From the NCBI GenBank assembly GCA_020247305.1, contig JADCJE010000008.1:157016-221015 (forward strand): a DNA stretch of 64,000 nt, in the 5' to 3' direction. The notes under the pieces are model-generated. The model was not told the origin of the DNA and did not search any database. It saw only the letters and a program-made list of their open reading frames with translations. The first letter of the stretch is position 1. Every line of letters begins with the position of its first letter. Below, in pieces: positions 10,179 to 21,184 of this stretch. The translations under genes and the position numbers were made by a program. Origin of the DNA: Phycisphaerales bacterium. Its GTDB lineage: Bacteria; Planctomycetota; UBA1135; UBA2386.

Positions 10179-11261
10179 TCAGCGCGCGAGCACGGCGCGC
10201 ACGCCGCTGCGCGTCGGGACGGCCACGGGCGCAGCCAGCTCCTTGAGCACGCCCTTGGGTCCGGCTGCCCAGACCTCGAGCCGCTCGCGCCACGCCGCGC
10301 GGCGCGCCATCGCCGCAGCGTCGTCGCGCGGCGGCGGCGTCTGGTTGAGTCGTTCGATCGCCGCCTGGATCGCGGCGAGGGCTTCGTTCGCCGCGCGGCG
10401 CTGCTCGTCGCGTTCGGCCTCGCTGCGCGGGTCGCGCGGCGCGGCCGCCGCGTCGGCCGCGGGCGCCGTCTCCCCGAGCAGGACGTCGACACGGCCATCG
10501 CCGTCCCAGTCGCCGACCGCGAGCTGCGCCATGCCGCCGTCGCCGCGCACGTCGGCCAGGTCCTGGGGATCGCCGAGTCCGCCGCCGCGGCGGCAGCACA
10601 CCACGAGGCGCTGCCCCTCGACCCTCAGCACGTCGAGCCCGCCGTCGCGATCCCAGTCGGCGAACGCCGCTGCGCCCGCGCCGCCGTCGGCGAGCCGGAC
10701 GCCAACCGCCGCGAACCCGTCCGGGCCGCCGCGGTGCAGCCACGGCGACCGGCACGCGACCAGCAGGTCGGCCTTGCCGTCGCCGTCGAAGTCGCCGAGG
10801 TCGACCGCCGACAAGGGCCCCGGCCAGCGCACGGGTGCTGCGCCCCCGGCGAAGCGCAGCGGCTGCCAGGCCGCGAACGCGCCAGCGCGGTCGTTCTTCG
10901 CCCAGACGATGCGCTCGCCGGCGCCCAGCGGCGCATCGATGGCCAGCAGGTCGAGTCCGCCGTCGCCGTCGACGTCGCACAACCGCGGCTGGCCGGCGCT
11001 CTCGCAGCTGACGCCGAGCGCCAGACCGAGCGGCGCCTCCGGCGCGAACTGCCGCGGTCCGGCGCCGGGCGCCCCGCGGCGCATCGCCAACGCGCCGTTG
11101 CGGCCGATGACGAGGTCGGGCGTGCCGTCGCCGTCGACGTCCCCCAGCGCGGCGCTGACGCGGTGCGCATCGGGGCTGGCGGCGACGACCGCCGCGACCA
11201 CGGCCGGTGCGGGAGTCTGCGGCACGGCGAGCAGGAGGACGACGAGGGCGGCGAAGGCCAT
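10179..11261 (-). CDS. secreted FG-GAP/VCBS-repeat protein
   Basis: A signal peptide is followed by repeated Ca-binding-like motifs: GDVDGDGTPDLV, CDVDGDGGLDLL, GDFDGDGKADLL, ADWDRDGGLDVL, GDWDGDGRVDVL. Confidence 0.75.
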   Translation of the reverse strand: MAFAALVVLLLAVPQTPAPAVVAAVVAASPDAHRVSAALGDVDGDGTPDLVIGRNGALAMRRGAPGAGPRQFAPEAPLGLALGVSCESAGQPRLCDVDGDGGLDLLAIDAPLGAGERIVWAKNDRAGAFAAWQPLRFAGGAAPVRWPGPLSAVDLGDFDGDGKADLLVACRSPWLHRGGPDGFAAVGVRLADGGAGAAAFADWDRDGGLDVLRVEGQRLVVCCRRGGGLGDPQDLADVRGDGGMAQLAVGDWDGDGRVDVLLGETAPAADAAAAPRDPRSEAERDEQRRAANEALAAIQAAIERLNQTPPPRDDAAAMARRAAWRERLEVWAAGPKGVLKELAAPVAVPTRSGVRAVLAR

Positions 11262-11456
11262 GTTCGGCTCGAACGACGATGGCGCGGCAATGCTCCGCGA
11301 TGGGAACGGCTGCCGCTGCGGGGGCGTGTCGGCCCAGCGATCAGACCATGCGGGCGCTGGTCCGAGGGCGCGGATGCCGCTCGCCGTGGGCCGATCGGCG
11401 CGCCAAGCGGTGGCCGGCGCGCAGCCCCTGCGCGCCAGCAGCCGCGAAGACCAGCC

Positions 11457-12755
<1,299 letters not shown>

Positions 12756-12832
12756 CGCATCAGCGTCGTCGTCGACGGAAGGGTCGTTACTTGAGGCGAG
12801 AGACTAGGCCGTAGCCCGCCCCGTGGCCTCAG

Positions 12833-12862
12833 AAAAAACCCGGCTCCGGCGCGCCGCCGGCA
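12833..12862 (-). terminator. candidate intrinsic terminator downstream of the beta-lactamase/VanX fusion gene
   Basis: The minus-strand RNA after the stop at 12881 reads ...CUGCCGGCGGCGCGCCGGAGCCGGGUUUUUUC. A GC-rich stem-loop (CCGGC...GCCGG) is followed immediately by U6, an A-run on the plus strand at 12833..12838. Confidence 0.45.
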
Positions 12863-12880
12863 GCGGCCAGGACGTTCCGC

Positions 12881-15196
12881 TCACAAGGGCTCGTTGCCGA
12901 CCGCGTAGGACCGCCAGGTGCGGTGGTCGAAGTGCCACCATTCGCGGTCGTTGACGGTGAATCCCTCGGCCTCCATCGCCCGGCGCAGCGTCTCGCGGAG
13001 GAACCGCTCGCGGGCCGTGCCACCGGGGTAGTCCGGGTAGGCGCGCGGCGTGAACTCGTCGAAGCCGCTCGGCATCGCCACCGGTTCGCCCGTGGCGAGG
13101 TCGTAGAGCGTCAGATCGACCGCGCAGCCGCGGTTGTGCCGGGAACCCTGAGCCGGATCGGCGACGAAGTCGCGCTGCGCGTCCGGCGTGGCGTCCCAGA
13201 AGGCCTTGGTCACCCACCACGGCCGGTAGGCATCGAACACGAGCAGACCGTACCCGGCCGCCCGCAAGCGCGCATGGGCCCGCAGCAGCGCCTCTGCCGC
13301 TGGGCGCTGCATTTGCGCCGTCGCGTCCGCCGGATAGACGGGCGCGCCGAGGAAGTTGTCGGCGGTCGCGTAGACCAACTGGCAGCGCAGCGTGCGATCG
13401 AGGCTGTCGAGCCGGACGAGGTCGGACGGCACGCCGCCCGGCACGCTGGCGAGGCGCGGGTCCGGCGCGGCGGTGCGCGCGGCGGCGACGACCTCGGCGA
13501 TCGGCCGGCGCGGCGCGATGCGGAACGAGCCCGGCGCCGGATCGGGCCGGCGGGCGAAGCGGGCGCCGCCCACCAGCGCCGCCACCACCGCGCCGCTGGC
13601 GTCGCGCTGGAAACGCAGGCTGTCGCCGCCGTACATGCCCGGCGGGAAGACGTAGTGATCGGGGCCGACGCGTTCGGGCAGGTCGCGGACCACCCATTCG
13701 ATCAACACGCCGAGCCGCCCGCCGTCCTCGTAGACGATCAGGACGTTGTGGTCGCCCCCGTACTCGCCGAGCAGCGGCAGCAATTCCGCCGGCGGCGGCG
13801 GCGGCAGTTCATCGTCGCGCACGTAGGTCTCCTCGCCATCGAACAAGGCGCCGTCCGGGCGGACGGTCAACCGGCGGCCGCCGAGCGACAAGGCGTCGTC
13901 GCTGACCAGCTGGCCGTCGGCGGCGCGGCGCAGGCGGGTGCGCACGCCGATGTTGGGATCGTAGTAGAGGTCGCCGCCGCGCTCCGCGAGCTGGACCCAG
14001 TTGGCGCCGACGCGCCAACGGCCGGCGAGCGCCCGCGCCGCGTCGACGCCCAGCGGCTGCGGCGGTTCGGGCGGCGACAGGGCCTGGCCCGCGCGCGCCG
14101 CACGGGCAGCGCGCAGCGCGCGGAGGGCGATGGCCTCGGCGACCTCGTTGGCGAAGTCCTTGGTGCAGCAGACGGCGACGGCGAGGCCTTCGTCGGGCAT
14201 GGCGCGCACGGCCGTGGCGAAGCCGTAGACGGCGCCGTCGTGGCCGACGACGCGCGCGCCGTCGAGGCGCTGCACGAAGAAGCCGAGGCCGCAGCCCGCG
14301 GCGCCGCCGGCGGGAAGTTGCCACATCTGCTCCAGGCTGTCGCGCCGCAGCAGCGGGCGGCGGGCGCCGACGAACCAACTGCTGGCGAACACCGCGAGGT
14401 CGCCGACGGTGCTGCGCAGGTCGGCGGCCGGACCGACGCCGAAGGCGAAATCCGGCGTCGGCACGTCGCGCCCGTCGTACGTCCACATCACGCCCGCCGC
14501 CTGGCGCGCGCGCAGTCGCGGCGCTGGCGCGAAGTCGCTGTCGATGAGGCCGAGAGGCGCCAGCACGAGCTCGCGCGCGGCGACCTCGAACGGCTGCCGC
14601 CGGATGCGCGCGACGACCTCGCCGACGACGGCGAGTCCCGGGTTGCTGTACTTGAAGTCGCCGCCCGGCGCGTGCACCAGCGCGGTGTCGGCGAGGCTGG
14701 CGACCGTGGCAGCGAGCGTCGGCTCGCTCGGATCGAAGTAGTGGCCGACCGGCGACTCGCGCACGACGCCGCCGCGGTGCTGCAGCAGATGGCGCACGGT
14801 GACGTCGCCGCCGAAGCAGTTCGCCGGCGCGAACTCGGGGACGTAGTCGCGCACCGGCCGGTCGAGGTCGAGTTCGCCGCGCTCGACGAGGCGCATCGCC
14901 GCCGTGGCGGTGACGAGCTTGCTGACCGACGCGACGCGGAACACGGCGTCGTGCGGCATCGGGCCGCCGTCCGGCCGCCACTGCCCGAAGCCATGCTCCC
15001 AGCGCCGCACGCGGCCGCCGCGGACGTCGAGCACGGCGATCGCCGCGCCGGGAATGCCCTGCTCACGGAGGTTGCGCTCGACGAACGGCGCGAGGTCAAA
15101 GGCGACCAGCGGCAGATCGTCCGGCGGCCGGCGCGCCACGCCGGCGCATGCCGCGCCGAGGAACGCCAGGAGCACGACGCGCAGGGGAACCGCCAT
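12881..15196 (-). CDS. lipoprotein fusing a serine beta-lactamase/PBP-fold hydrolase (N-terminal) to a VanX/DdpX-type D-Ala-D-Ala dipeptidase (C-terminal)
   Basis: Lipobox LGAAC. N-domain motifs are SVSK (SxxK), YSN and GHDG. C-domain motifs are YATADNFLG, DAYRPWW, SRHNRGCAVD and EWWHFD (M15D zinc and catalytic motifs). An unassigned middle region of about 200 aa separates them. Confidence 0.85.
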   Translation of the reverse strand: MAVPLRVVLLAFLGAACAGVARRPPDDLPLVAFDLAPFVERNLREQGIPGAAIAVLDVRGGRVRRWEHGFGQWRPDGGPMPHDAVFRVASVSKLVTATAAMRLVERGELDLDRPVRDYVPEFAPANCFGGDVTVRHLLQHRGGVVRESPVGHYFDPSEPTLAATVASLADTALVHAPGGDFKYSNPGLAVVGEVVARIRRQPFEVAARELVLAPLGLIDSDFAPAPRLRARQAAGVMWTYDGRDVPTPDFAFGVGPAADLRSTVGDLAVFASSWFVGARRPLLRRDSLEQMWQLPAGGAAGCGLGFFVQRLDGARVVGHDGAVYGFATAVRAMPDEGLAVAVCCTKDFANEVAEAIALRALRAARAARAGQALSPPEPPQPLGVDAARALAGRWRVGANWVQLAERGGDLYYDPNIGVRTRLRRAADGQLVSDDALSLGGRRLTVRPDGALFDGEETYVRDDELPPPPPAELLPLLGEYGGDHNVLIVYEDGGRLGVLIEWVVRDLPERVGPDHYVFPPGMYGGDSLRFQRDASGAVVAALVGGARFARRPDPAPGSFRIAPRRPIAEVVAAARTAAPDPRLASVPGGVPSDLVRLDSLDRTLRCQLVYATADNFLGAPVYPADATAQMQRPAAEALLRAHARLRAAGYGLLVFDAYRPWWVTKAFWDATPDAQRDFVADPAQGSRHNRGCAVDLTLYDLATGEPVAMPSGFDEFTPRAYPDYPGGTARERFLRETLRRAMEAEGFTVNDREWWHFDHRTWRSYAVGNEPL

Positions 15197-15447
15197 GGCG
15201 ACACAGGATGCCTGCCGCAGCGACGCGGGTGAAGCGTCTGCCCGGCGCGCAGCCGATCGAAGCGGCCCGACGCCGAGGCGCTGGCCGGGCCGGGCAGCGC
15301 GGACTGCCGCGGCGCGGACTCCCGGATGTGGGGATTGCGGCGGGCGGTGCGTTCAGGCGACGATCCGACCGCCGCAGCGGTCTCCCTCCCGCCGCGGCGA
15401 ACGCCGCGTCCCTTGTGGCCCGCGCCGGCCGCCGCCCTCTCCCCATC

Positions 15448-16164
15448 GTGACCTTCCGCAACCGACACGAGTGCAAGTTCCTCGTGGACGAAGCGGTGGC
15501 GACGCGCGTCGTGCGCGCCGTCCAGCCCTTCACCGCGCCGGACCCGCACGGCGGCACGCGCCGCGACCCGCGCTACCCGGTGGTCAGCCTGTACCTCGAC
15601 GACGCGCGGCGCTCGCTCGGGCGCGAGACCGTCGAAGGCCTCGCCACCCGCTTCAAGCTGCGCGTGCGCAGCTACGGCGAACACGACCGCGTGTTCCTGG
15701 AGGTCAAGCGCCGGCACGACCGCGTCGTGCAGAAGCTGCGCTGCGCGTTGCCGCCGGCGCTGCTCGCCGACGCGCTGGCCGGCGCCCCAGTCCTGCCGCC
15801 GGACGGCGGCGCGGCGTCGGCGCTCGGCGAGTTCCAGCGCCTGCTGCTGCTGCGGCGGGCGCGGCCGGTGGCCGTCGTGCGCTACGACCGCGAAGCCTAC
15901 GTCGGTCGCGGCGACGACGAAGTGCGCGTGACGATCGACCGCGGCCTGCGCGCGCTGGCGACCGACGCCGCGGAACTCCCCGGCGACGACGCGCGCTACC
16001 GCCCGGTGCCGCTGCCGGGCGTCGTGCTGGAGCTGAAGTTCACCGAACGCATGCCGCACTGGATGCACGCCGCGATCGTCGCCAACGACCTGCGCCGCGT
16101 GTCGTGCTCGAAGTACTGTCGCGCGCTCGCCGCGATCTCCGCCGCCGACGATTGGATCTCCTGA
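15448..16164 (+). CDS. VTC-domain (polyphosphate-polymerase-like, CYTH-related) protein
   Basis: Tail of ORF 15148..16164 from a GTG start (VTFRNRHECKFLV). Features typical of bacterial VTC-domain proteins: RYPVVSLYLD, FKLRVRSYG, FLEVKRR, VLELKF. Confidence 0.8.
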   Translation: MTFRNRHECKFLVDEAVATRVVRAVQPFTAPDPHGGTRRDPRYPVVSLYLDDARRSLGRETVEGLATRFKLRVRSYGEHDRVFLEVKRRHDRVVQKLRCALPPALLADALAGAPVLPPDGGAASALGEFQRLLLLRRARPVAVVRYDREAYVGRGDDEVRVTIDRGLRALATDAAELPGDDARYRPVPLPGVVLELKFTERMPHWMHAAIVANDLRRVSCSKYCRALAAISAADDWIS

Positions 16165-16167
16165 CCG

Positions 16168-16875
16168 ATGACGACGCCCCAGTCCCCCGATCCGTTCGCC
16201 GGCCTCGCGGCCGCGGCGCCGGCCCTGCCGCCGCTGCCGGCCCTGCTGCTGCAATTGCTGCTGGCGCTCGCGCTCGCGCTGCCCGTGGCCTTCGTCTACG
16301 CGCGCACGCATCAGGGCACGAGCTACTCGCGCACATTCGTGCAGTCCCTGGTGCTGCTGCCGCTGGTCGTGACCATCGTCATGCTCGCGATCGGCGACAG
16401 CATGGCGCGCGCCTTCGGCTTGTTCGGCGCGCTGGCGCTGATCCGCTTCCGCACGCCCATCAAGGACAGCCGCGACACGATCTTCCTGTTCCTGGCGGTC
16501 GCCGTCGGCATCACCGTCGGCGTGGCGAACACGCTGCTCGCGGTCGCCGGCACCACGTTCGTGCTGGTCGTGGCGATCGCGCTCGCGCAGTCCGGCTTCG
16601 GCAGGCGCGTCGGCCATGACGGCGTGCTGCAGTTCACGGTGGCGGCGCCGACGTCGGACCAGGAAGAGCGGGTGCGCGCGGTGCTGGCGCAGCACTGCCG
16701 GCGCTTCGACCTCGTCAGCCTGCGCGACGCGCGCCAGGGCGGCGCAATGGACTACGCCTACCAACTGCGCCTGCGCGCGCCGCGCGGCCACGAGGCGCTG
16801 GTCAACGCGCTGCGCGCCGTGCCCGGCGCGCAGGACGTCAGCCTGCTCGTCGACGACGGCCGCGCCGAGTCGTGA
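16168..16875 (+). CDS. DUF4956-family membrane protein
   Basis: It starts 4 nt after the VTC gene. It has 3-4 TM helices and the family-typical LALIRFRTPIKDSRDTIFLFLAV motif. Confidence 0.8.
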   Translation: MTTPQSPDPFAGLAAAAPALPPLPALLLQLLLALALALPVAFVYARTHQGTSYSRTFVQSLVLLPLVVTIVMLAIGDSMARAFGLFGALALIRFRTPIKDSRDTIFLFLAVAVGITVGVANTLLAVAGTTFVLVVAIALAQSGFGRRVGHDGVLQFTVAAPTSDQEERVRAVLAQHCRRFDLVSLRDARQGGAMDYAYQLRLRAPRGHEALVNALRAVPGAQDVSLLVDDGRAES

Positions 16876-17001
16876 ACCGACGCCCGGCGGCGGCCGCGCG
16901 TCAGGGCAGGCGCCGCGACCGGTTCCGCAGGCCTTGCGTGGCTGCGCGGGCGACCACCAGGGGCGAGCCGTGGGCGCGCACCGTGAGTTCTCCGCGCGCC
17001 C

Positions 17002-20000
17002 TCAGGCGAAGCCGACCGCTTCCTCGCCGGCGATCCGGCGCTTGAGCGCCGCGTCGGGGCGGTCGTCGGGCGCATCGCCCTGCTGGATGCTGTCGACCTC
17101 CTGCAGCGACACGGCGATGCGCGAGCTGATGCCGCGGCGCTGCATCGTGATGCCGTAGAGCACCTGGCACTCGGCCATGGTGCGCTTGTGGTGCGTCACG
17201 ATGCAGAACTGCGTCTGCGCGGTGAAGTCGCGCAGCACGCGCAGGAAGCGCTCGACGTTGGTCTCGTCGAGCGCGGCGTCGACCTCGTCGAGGATGCAGA
17301 ACGGGCTCGGCCGCACCTTGAACAGCGCGAACAGGATGGCGACCGCGGTCAGCGACTGCTCGCCGCCCGAGAGCAGGCGGATCGACTGCAGCTGCTTGCC
17401 CGGCGGCTGAGCGACGATCTCGATGCCGGCTTCCAGCAGGTCCTCCTCCGTGTTGGAGAGGAACATGTCCGCCTTGCCGCCCTGGAACAGCTTGCGGAAG
17501 ATCTCCTGGAAGTTCTTGCGGGCCGCGTGAAACGTCTGCTCGAAGAGCGCGCGCGACTCCGCCTCGAGCTTGCGCATCGTCTCCATCAGGCTGCGGCGCG
17601 CTTCCTTGAGGTCGGCGACCTCGACCTCCAACGTCGAGAACTGGCCCTCTTCCTGGTCGAGTTCGCGCACGGCGTCGAGGTTGACCGCGCCCAGGCGCTC
17701 CTTCTGGCTCTGCAGCTGCTGGACCTCCTTGCGCGCGGCCTCCTGGTCGAAGTCGTCGTGCTGCCACAGCCGCTGCAGGCCGTGCCAGGCCTGCACCAGG
17801 TCGGGCGGCAAGGTCGGGCCGAACAACTGCTCGCACAGCGACAACGGCGCGATCGGGCCGTGCAGGGCCGACGCGTCCTCGAGGCCGATGCCGTCGATCT
17901 CGCCGAGGCACCGCCGCAGCTCGATGCCGGTGTCCTCGCGCAGGCGCTCCTCCAGCCGGAGGAAGCGGTGCTCGACGTCGGCCCGCAGCAGGCGCGTCTG
18001 GGTCAGCGCCTCGTTGGCGGCGCTGCGCCGCTGTTCCCACTGCTGCGCCTCGCGCTCGACGGCGATGCGGCCGTCGCGGGCGAGGTCGACGGCCGCCTGG
18101 GCCTCGGCCTTGGCGTCCTCGATGGCGACGAAACGGTCCTCGAGCACCGCCGCGAGTTCGGCGAGCCGCTCGTGCTCGCCAGCGGCGCGGGCGCGCGCCT
18201 CCTCGGCGTCGCGCTGCCGCTCGGCGACCTCGTCGAGCGCGCGCGCGAAGTCGCGCAGCGCGTCGTCATGCATGCGGATCGACCGCACGAGGCCCTCGCG
18301 CACCTCCGCCGTCTGTGCCTGCCGGATGCGCAGGTCCTGTTCGGCGCGCTGCTGCGCCTGCGCCGCCGCCTCGGCGGCCGCGATGCGCTCGCCGAACGAC
18401 TGCTCCTCGGCCTGCGCAACGGCTTCGCGCGTGCCGAGCAGGAACTGGTCGAACAGCGCCGCGCCGAGCCGGGCCAGCGCGCCGCCGCGGACGCCGCCGA
18501 GTTCCTCGGCCTCGGCCGCGAGTTCGCCGAGCTCGCGCGCGACGTCGACGCCGCGCGCCTGCAGCCGGACCACCTGGCCCTGCACGGCCTGCAGCGAACG
18601 CGTCGTCGCCGCCAGCGCGTCGCCGACCGCCTTCAACTCGCGCTTGAGGCGGTCGACGCGGCCGGTGGCCTGCTCGCGGCCGGCTTGCAGCGCGGCTAGC
18701 CGATGCTCGGCCGCGGCGATGGCGACGCCGAGCTCCTGGATGCGCGAACGGCGCACGACGAGGCCGCTGTGGCCCTCCGCCGCGGCGCCGCCTTCCATGC
18801 GCGGGCCGCAGACCAGCGTGCCGTCCGGGGTGACGAAGCACAGGTCGGCCCGCGAACTGTCGGCGATGTCGAAGTCGGCGACGACGACGCCGCGCAACAG
18901 CCAGCCGAGCAGGCGCCGGCTCGCAGCGTCGCTGCCATCGGCGACGACGTGGCGGACGAGTTCGGCGAGATGGTGCACGCCCTCGGGCGGCTGCAGCAGC
19001 GACGAGTGCGACGCGCACGGCGGCGCCTCGCCGAACGACTCCTCGACCAGCAGCAGCACGCGGCCAAGGCGCCGCGCGGCGAGGTCGCGCACGATCGCGG
19101 CGGCGTGCTCGCGCGTGTCGACGACGAGCGCCTGCACGTACGGGCCGAGCGCGGCTTCCAGCGCCGCGCCGTGCGCGCTGTCGATCTCGATCAGGTCGAG
19201 GAGCCGACCGCGCAGGCCTGCGGGCTTCTGCTGCAGCACGTGGCGCGGGCCGGCGTCGAAGCCCTCCATGTCGGCTTCCATGCCGAGCAACGCCTGCCGG
19301 CGGCCCTCGACCTCGTTGAGTTCGCGGCGCATGCCCGCTTCGCGCTCGGCGAGCGCCGCCGCGGCGGCGTCGGCGTCGGCGAGGTCGGCGAGGGCCGCCA
19401 GTTCGCGCTCCTGCAGCAGGCGCAGGCGCGTGCCGAGGTCGCGCTGGTCGCCCGCGAGGCCGGCGGCCTCGGCGTCGATGCGCGCCTGCTCGCCCGACAG
19501 CGTCGCCTGCCGCTCGCCAAGGCGCGCACTGCGCGCCGCGACCGCGCCGAGCGTCGCCTTGGCGTCGCCGGCGGCGTTGCGGCGGCGCGTGCGCGCGTGC
19601 AGCAGTTCCATCTGCCGCTCGCGCACGGCCTCGCGCTGCTTCTGCAACTCGCGCATCGCCGCGAGCGCCTGCTGGCTCGCGCCGCGCTGCTCGTCGAGGC
19701 TGCGGTGCAATTCGATCAGTTCGCCTTCCTTCGCGGCGAGATCGTCGCGGGCGATCGCCAGCGCGGTCGCGCGCTCGTCGCGCTGGTCGACGAGGCCCTG
19801 CGTGCGCTGGCGGCCGCGCTCCAGTTCGGCGGCGAGGTCGGCGGCGCGCTGCTGCTGCGCCTCGGCGCGCTCGCGGTGCGTCGTCAGCTCGCCCTGGCAC
19901 TGGCGCAACTCGTCCTGCACGCGGCCGAGCGCCTGCGCCGCCGCGCCGATCGCGGCATCGGCGTCGCGCAGCCGGTCGGCGGCGGCATCGCGGCCCTCCT

Positions 20001-20772
20001 CGGCGGCGGCAAGTCCGACCTGCAGGTCGGCGAGCCGCGCCTCGTGCACGGCGAGTTCGGCGCGCAGCGCCGTGCCGTCGATCGTCGACAACGCCGCGCG
20101 CAGGTCGCGCAGGGCCGCCTGCAGTTCCTGCCAACGCCGGGCCTTGCCGGCCTGGATGCGCAGGCTGCGGATGCGGCGCGCGCGCTCCTCGAGCAGGTCG
20201 GTGATGCGCGCGAGATTCTGGTCGGTGCGCTCCAGCTTGCGGAGCGTCTCCTTCTTCTGGATCTTGAAGCGCGAGACGCCGGCCGCCTCCTCGAAGATGG
20301 CGCGGCGCGCCTCGGGATCGGCGTGCAGGACCGCCGCGATGCGCCCCTGCTCCATCACCGAGTAACCGCCCGTGCCGAGCCCGGTGTCGAGCAGCACGTC
20401 GCGGATGTCCTTCAGCCGCACCTCGCTGCCGTTGAGCAGGTAGGTCGATTCCTTGTCGAGCGTCAACCGGCGCGAGATGTCGATCTCGGTGCGGCCGTCG
20501 AGCTTGCCGTCCGGATCCTCGAACGTGATCGTCACCTCGGCCATGCCCATGGCCTCGCGCCCCTCGGCGCCCTTGAAGATGACGTCGGTCATCTCGGCGC
20601 CGCGCAGGCTCTTCGCGCGCTGGTCGCCGAGCACCCACTTGATCGCGTCGACGACGTTCGACTTGCCGCAGCCGTTCGGGCCGATGATGCCCGTCAGGCG
20701 GTTGTCGAACTCGAACTCCGTCCGGTCGGCGAAGGACTTGAAGCCACGCGCGACGAGTCGCTTGAGGCGCAT
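17002..20772 (-). CDS. smc: chromosome segregation protein SMC
   Basis: From internal Met MRLKRLVARGFKSFADRTEFEF of ORF 17002..20901. It has Walker A GPNGCGKSN, long coiled coils, signature LSGGEQSL and Walker B FCILDEVDAALD. Confidence 0.95.
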   Translation of the reverse strand: MRLKRLVARGFKSFADRTEFEFDNRLTGIIGPNGCGKSNVVDAIKWVLGDQRAKSLRGAEMTDVIFKGAEGREAMGMAEVTITFEDPDGKLDGRTEIDISRRLTLDKESTYLLNGSEVRLKDIRDVLLDTGLGTGGYSVMEQGRIAAVLHADPEARRAIFEEAAGVSRFKIQKKETLRKLERTDQNLARITDLLEERARRIRSLRIQAGKARRWQELQAALRDLRAALSTIDGTALRAELAVHEARLADLQVGLAAAEEGRDAAADRLRDADAAIGAAAQALGRVQDELRQCQGELTTHRERAEAQQQRAADLAAELERGRQRTQGLVDQRDERATALAIARDDLAAKEGELIELHRSLDEQRGASQQALAAMRELQKQREAVRERQMELLHARTRRRNAAGDAKATLGAVAARSARLGERQATLSGEQARIDAEAAGLAGDQRDLGTRLRLLQERELAALADLADADAAAAALAEREAGMRRELNEVEGRRQALLGMEADMEGFDAGPRHVLQQKPAGLRGRLLDLIEIDSAHGAALEAALGPYVQALVVDTREHAAAIVRDLAARRLGRVLLLVEESFGEAPPCASHSSLLQPPEGVHHLAELVRHVVADGSDAASRRLLGWLLRGVVVADFDIADSSRADLCFVTPDGTLVCGPRMEGGAAAEGHSGLVVRRSRIQELGVAIAAAEHRLAALQAGREQATGRVDRLKRELKAVGDALAATTRSLQAVQGQVVRLQARGVDVARELGELAAEAEELGGVRGGALARLGAALFDQFLLGTREAVAQAEEQSFGERIAAAEAAAQAQQRAEQDLRIRQAQTAEVREGLVRSIRMHDDALRDFARALDEVAERQRDAEEARARAAGEHERLAELAAVLEDRFVAIEDAKAEAQAAVDLARDGRIAVEREAQQWEQRRSAANEALTQTRLLRADVEHRFLRLEERLREDTGIELRRCLGEIDGIGLEDASALHGPIAPLSLCEQLFGPTLPPDLVQAWHGLQRLWQHDDFDQEAARKEVQQLQSQKERLGAVNLDAVRELDQEEGQFSTLEVEVADLKEARRSLMETMRKLEAESRALFEQTFHAARKNFQEIFRKLFQGGKADMFLSNTEEDLLEAGIEIVAQPPGKQLQSIRLLSGGEQSLTAVAILFALFKVRPSPFCILDEVDAALDETNVERFLRVLRDFTAQTQFCIVTHHKRTMAECQVLYGITMQRRGISSRIAVSLQEVDSIQQGDAPDDRPDAALKRRIAGEEAVGFA

Positions 20773-20776
20773 CAGG

Positions 20777-21184
20777 TCACTCCGACAGGCGGCGCTCGCG
20801 CACCGCGAGGAGGGCGTCGGCGCGGGCCGCCGGCTCGGCGGCGCCCGGCACCATCCGCGAGATGGCGGCGCGCCGGCGCGAACGCTCGGCGGCGACCGCA
20901 CCGAAGGCGACCGCGGCGCTGGCCTGCCCGGTGACCACGAGCAGGTGCTGCACCGCGTCCGCGATCTCGGCCGTCGACAGCAGCGCCGGATCGACGTCCT
21001 CGGCGGCGCCGCGCTTCTGGCGCAGCGCCTGCAGCGTCACGTTCGCCAGTTCGAGCGCGCGCCAATCCTCGTCCACGCCGACGCTGTGCAGCGCCAGATG
21101 GATCGAACGCGCCAGCTTCGTCGCCCGCAGGAACTCGCGCCTGCCGTCACGCTTCTGGACCAGATGTTCCGCTCGCCGCTTCAT
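20777..21184 (-). CDS. stand-alone ATP-cone domain protein
   Basis: From internal Met of ORF 20777..21286. MKRRAEHLVQKRDGRREFLRATKLARSIHLAL...LSTAEIADAVQHLL matches the ATP-cone pattern (V-KRDGR-E-F---K---SI--AL ... ST-EI-D-V). It overlaps the nrdR 3' end by 38 nt and stops 4 nt before the smc ATG. Confidence 0.6.
   Translation of the reverse strand: MKRRAEHLVQKRDGRREFLRATKLARSIHLALHSVGVDEDWRALELANVTLQALRQKRGAAEDVDPALLSTAEIADAVQHLLVVTGQASAAVAFGAVAAERSRRRAAISRMVPGAAEPAARADALLAVRERRLSE

Noticed and set aside
14488-16791. 767-aa minus-strand ORF across the VTC/DUF4956 genes and the 5' part of the beta-lactamase fusion
   Set aside because: It is out of frame or antisense to genes with clear family motifs, and it is Arg/Ala/Gln-rich.
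17570-20934. Several 740-930-aa ORFs (17570..20365 +, 18266..20638 -, 18703..20934 +) overlapping smc
   Set aside because: The SMC frame has Walker A, signature and Walker B motifs plus coiled coils. The alternatives are Ser/Arg/Ala-rich mirror frames.
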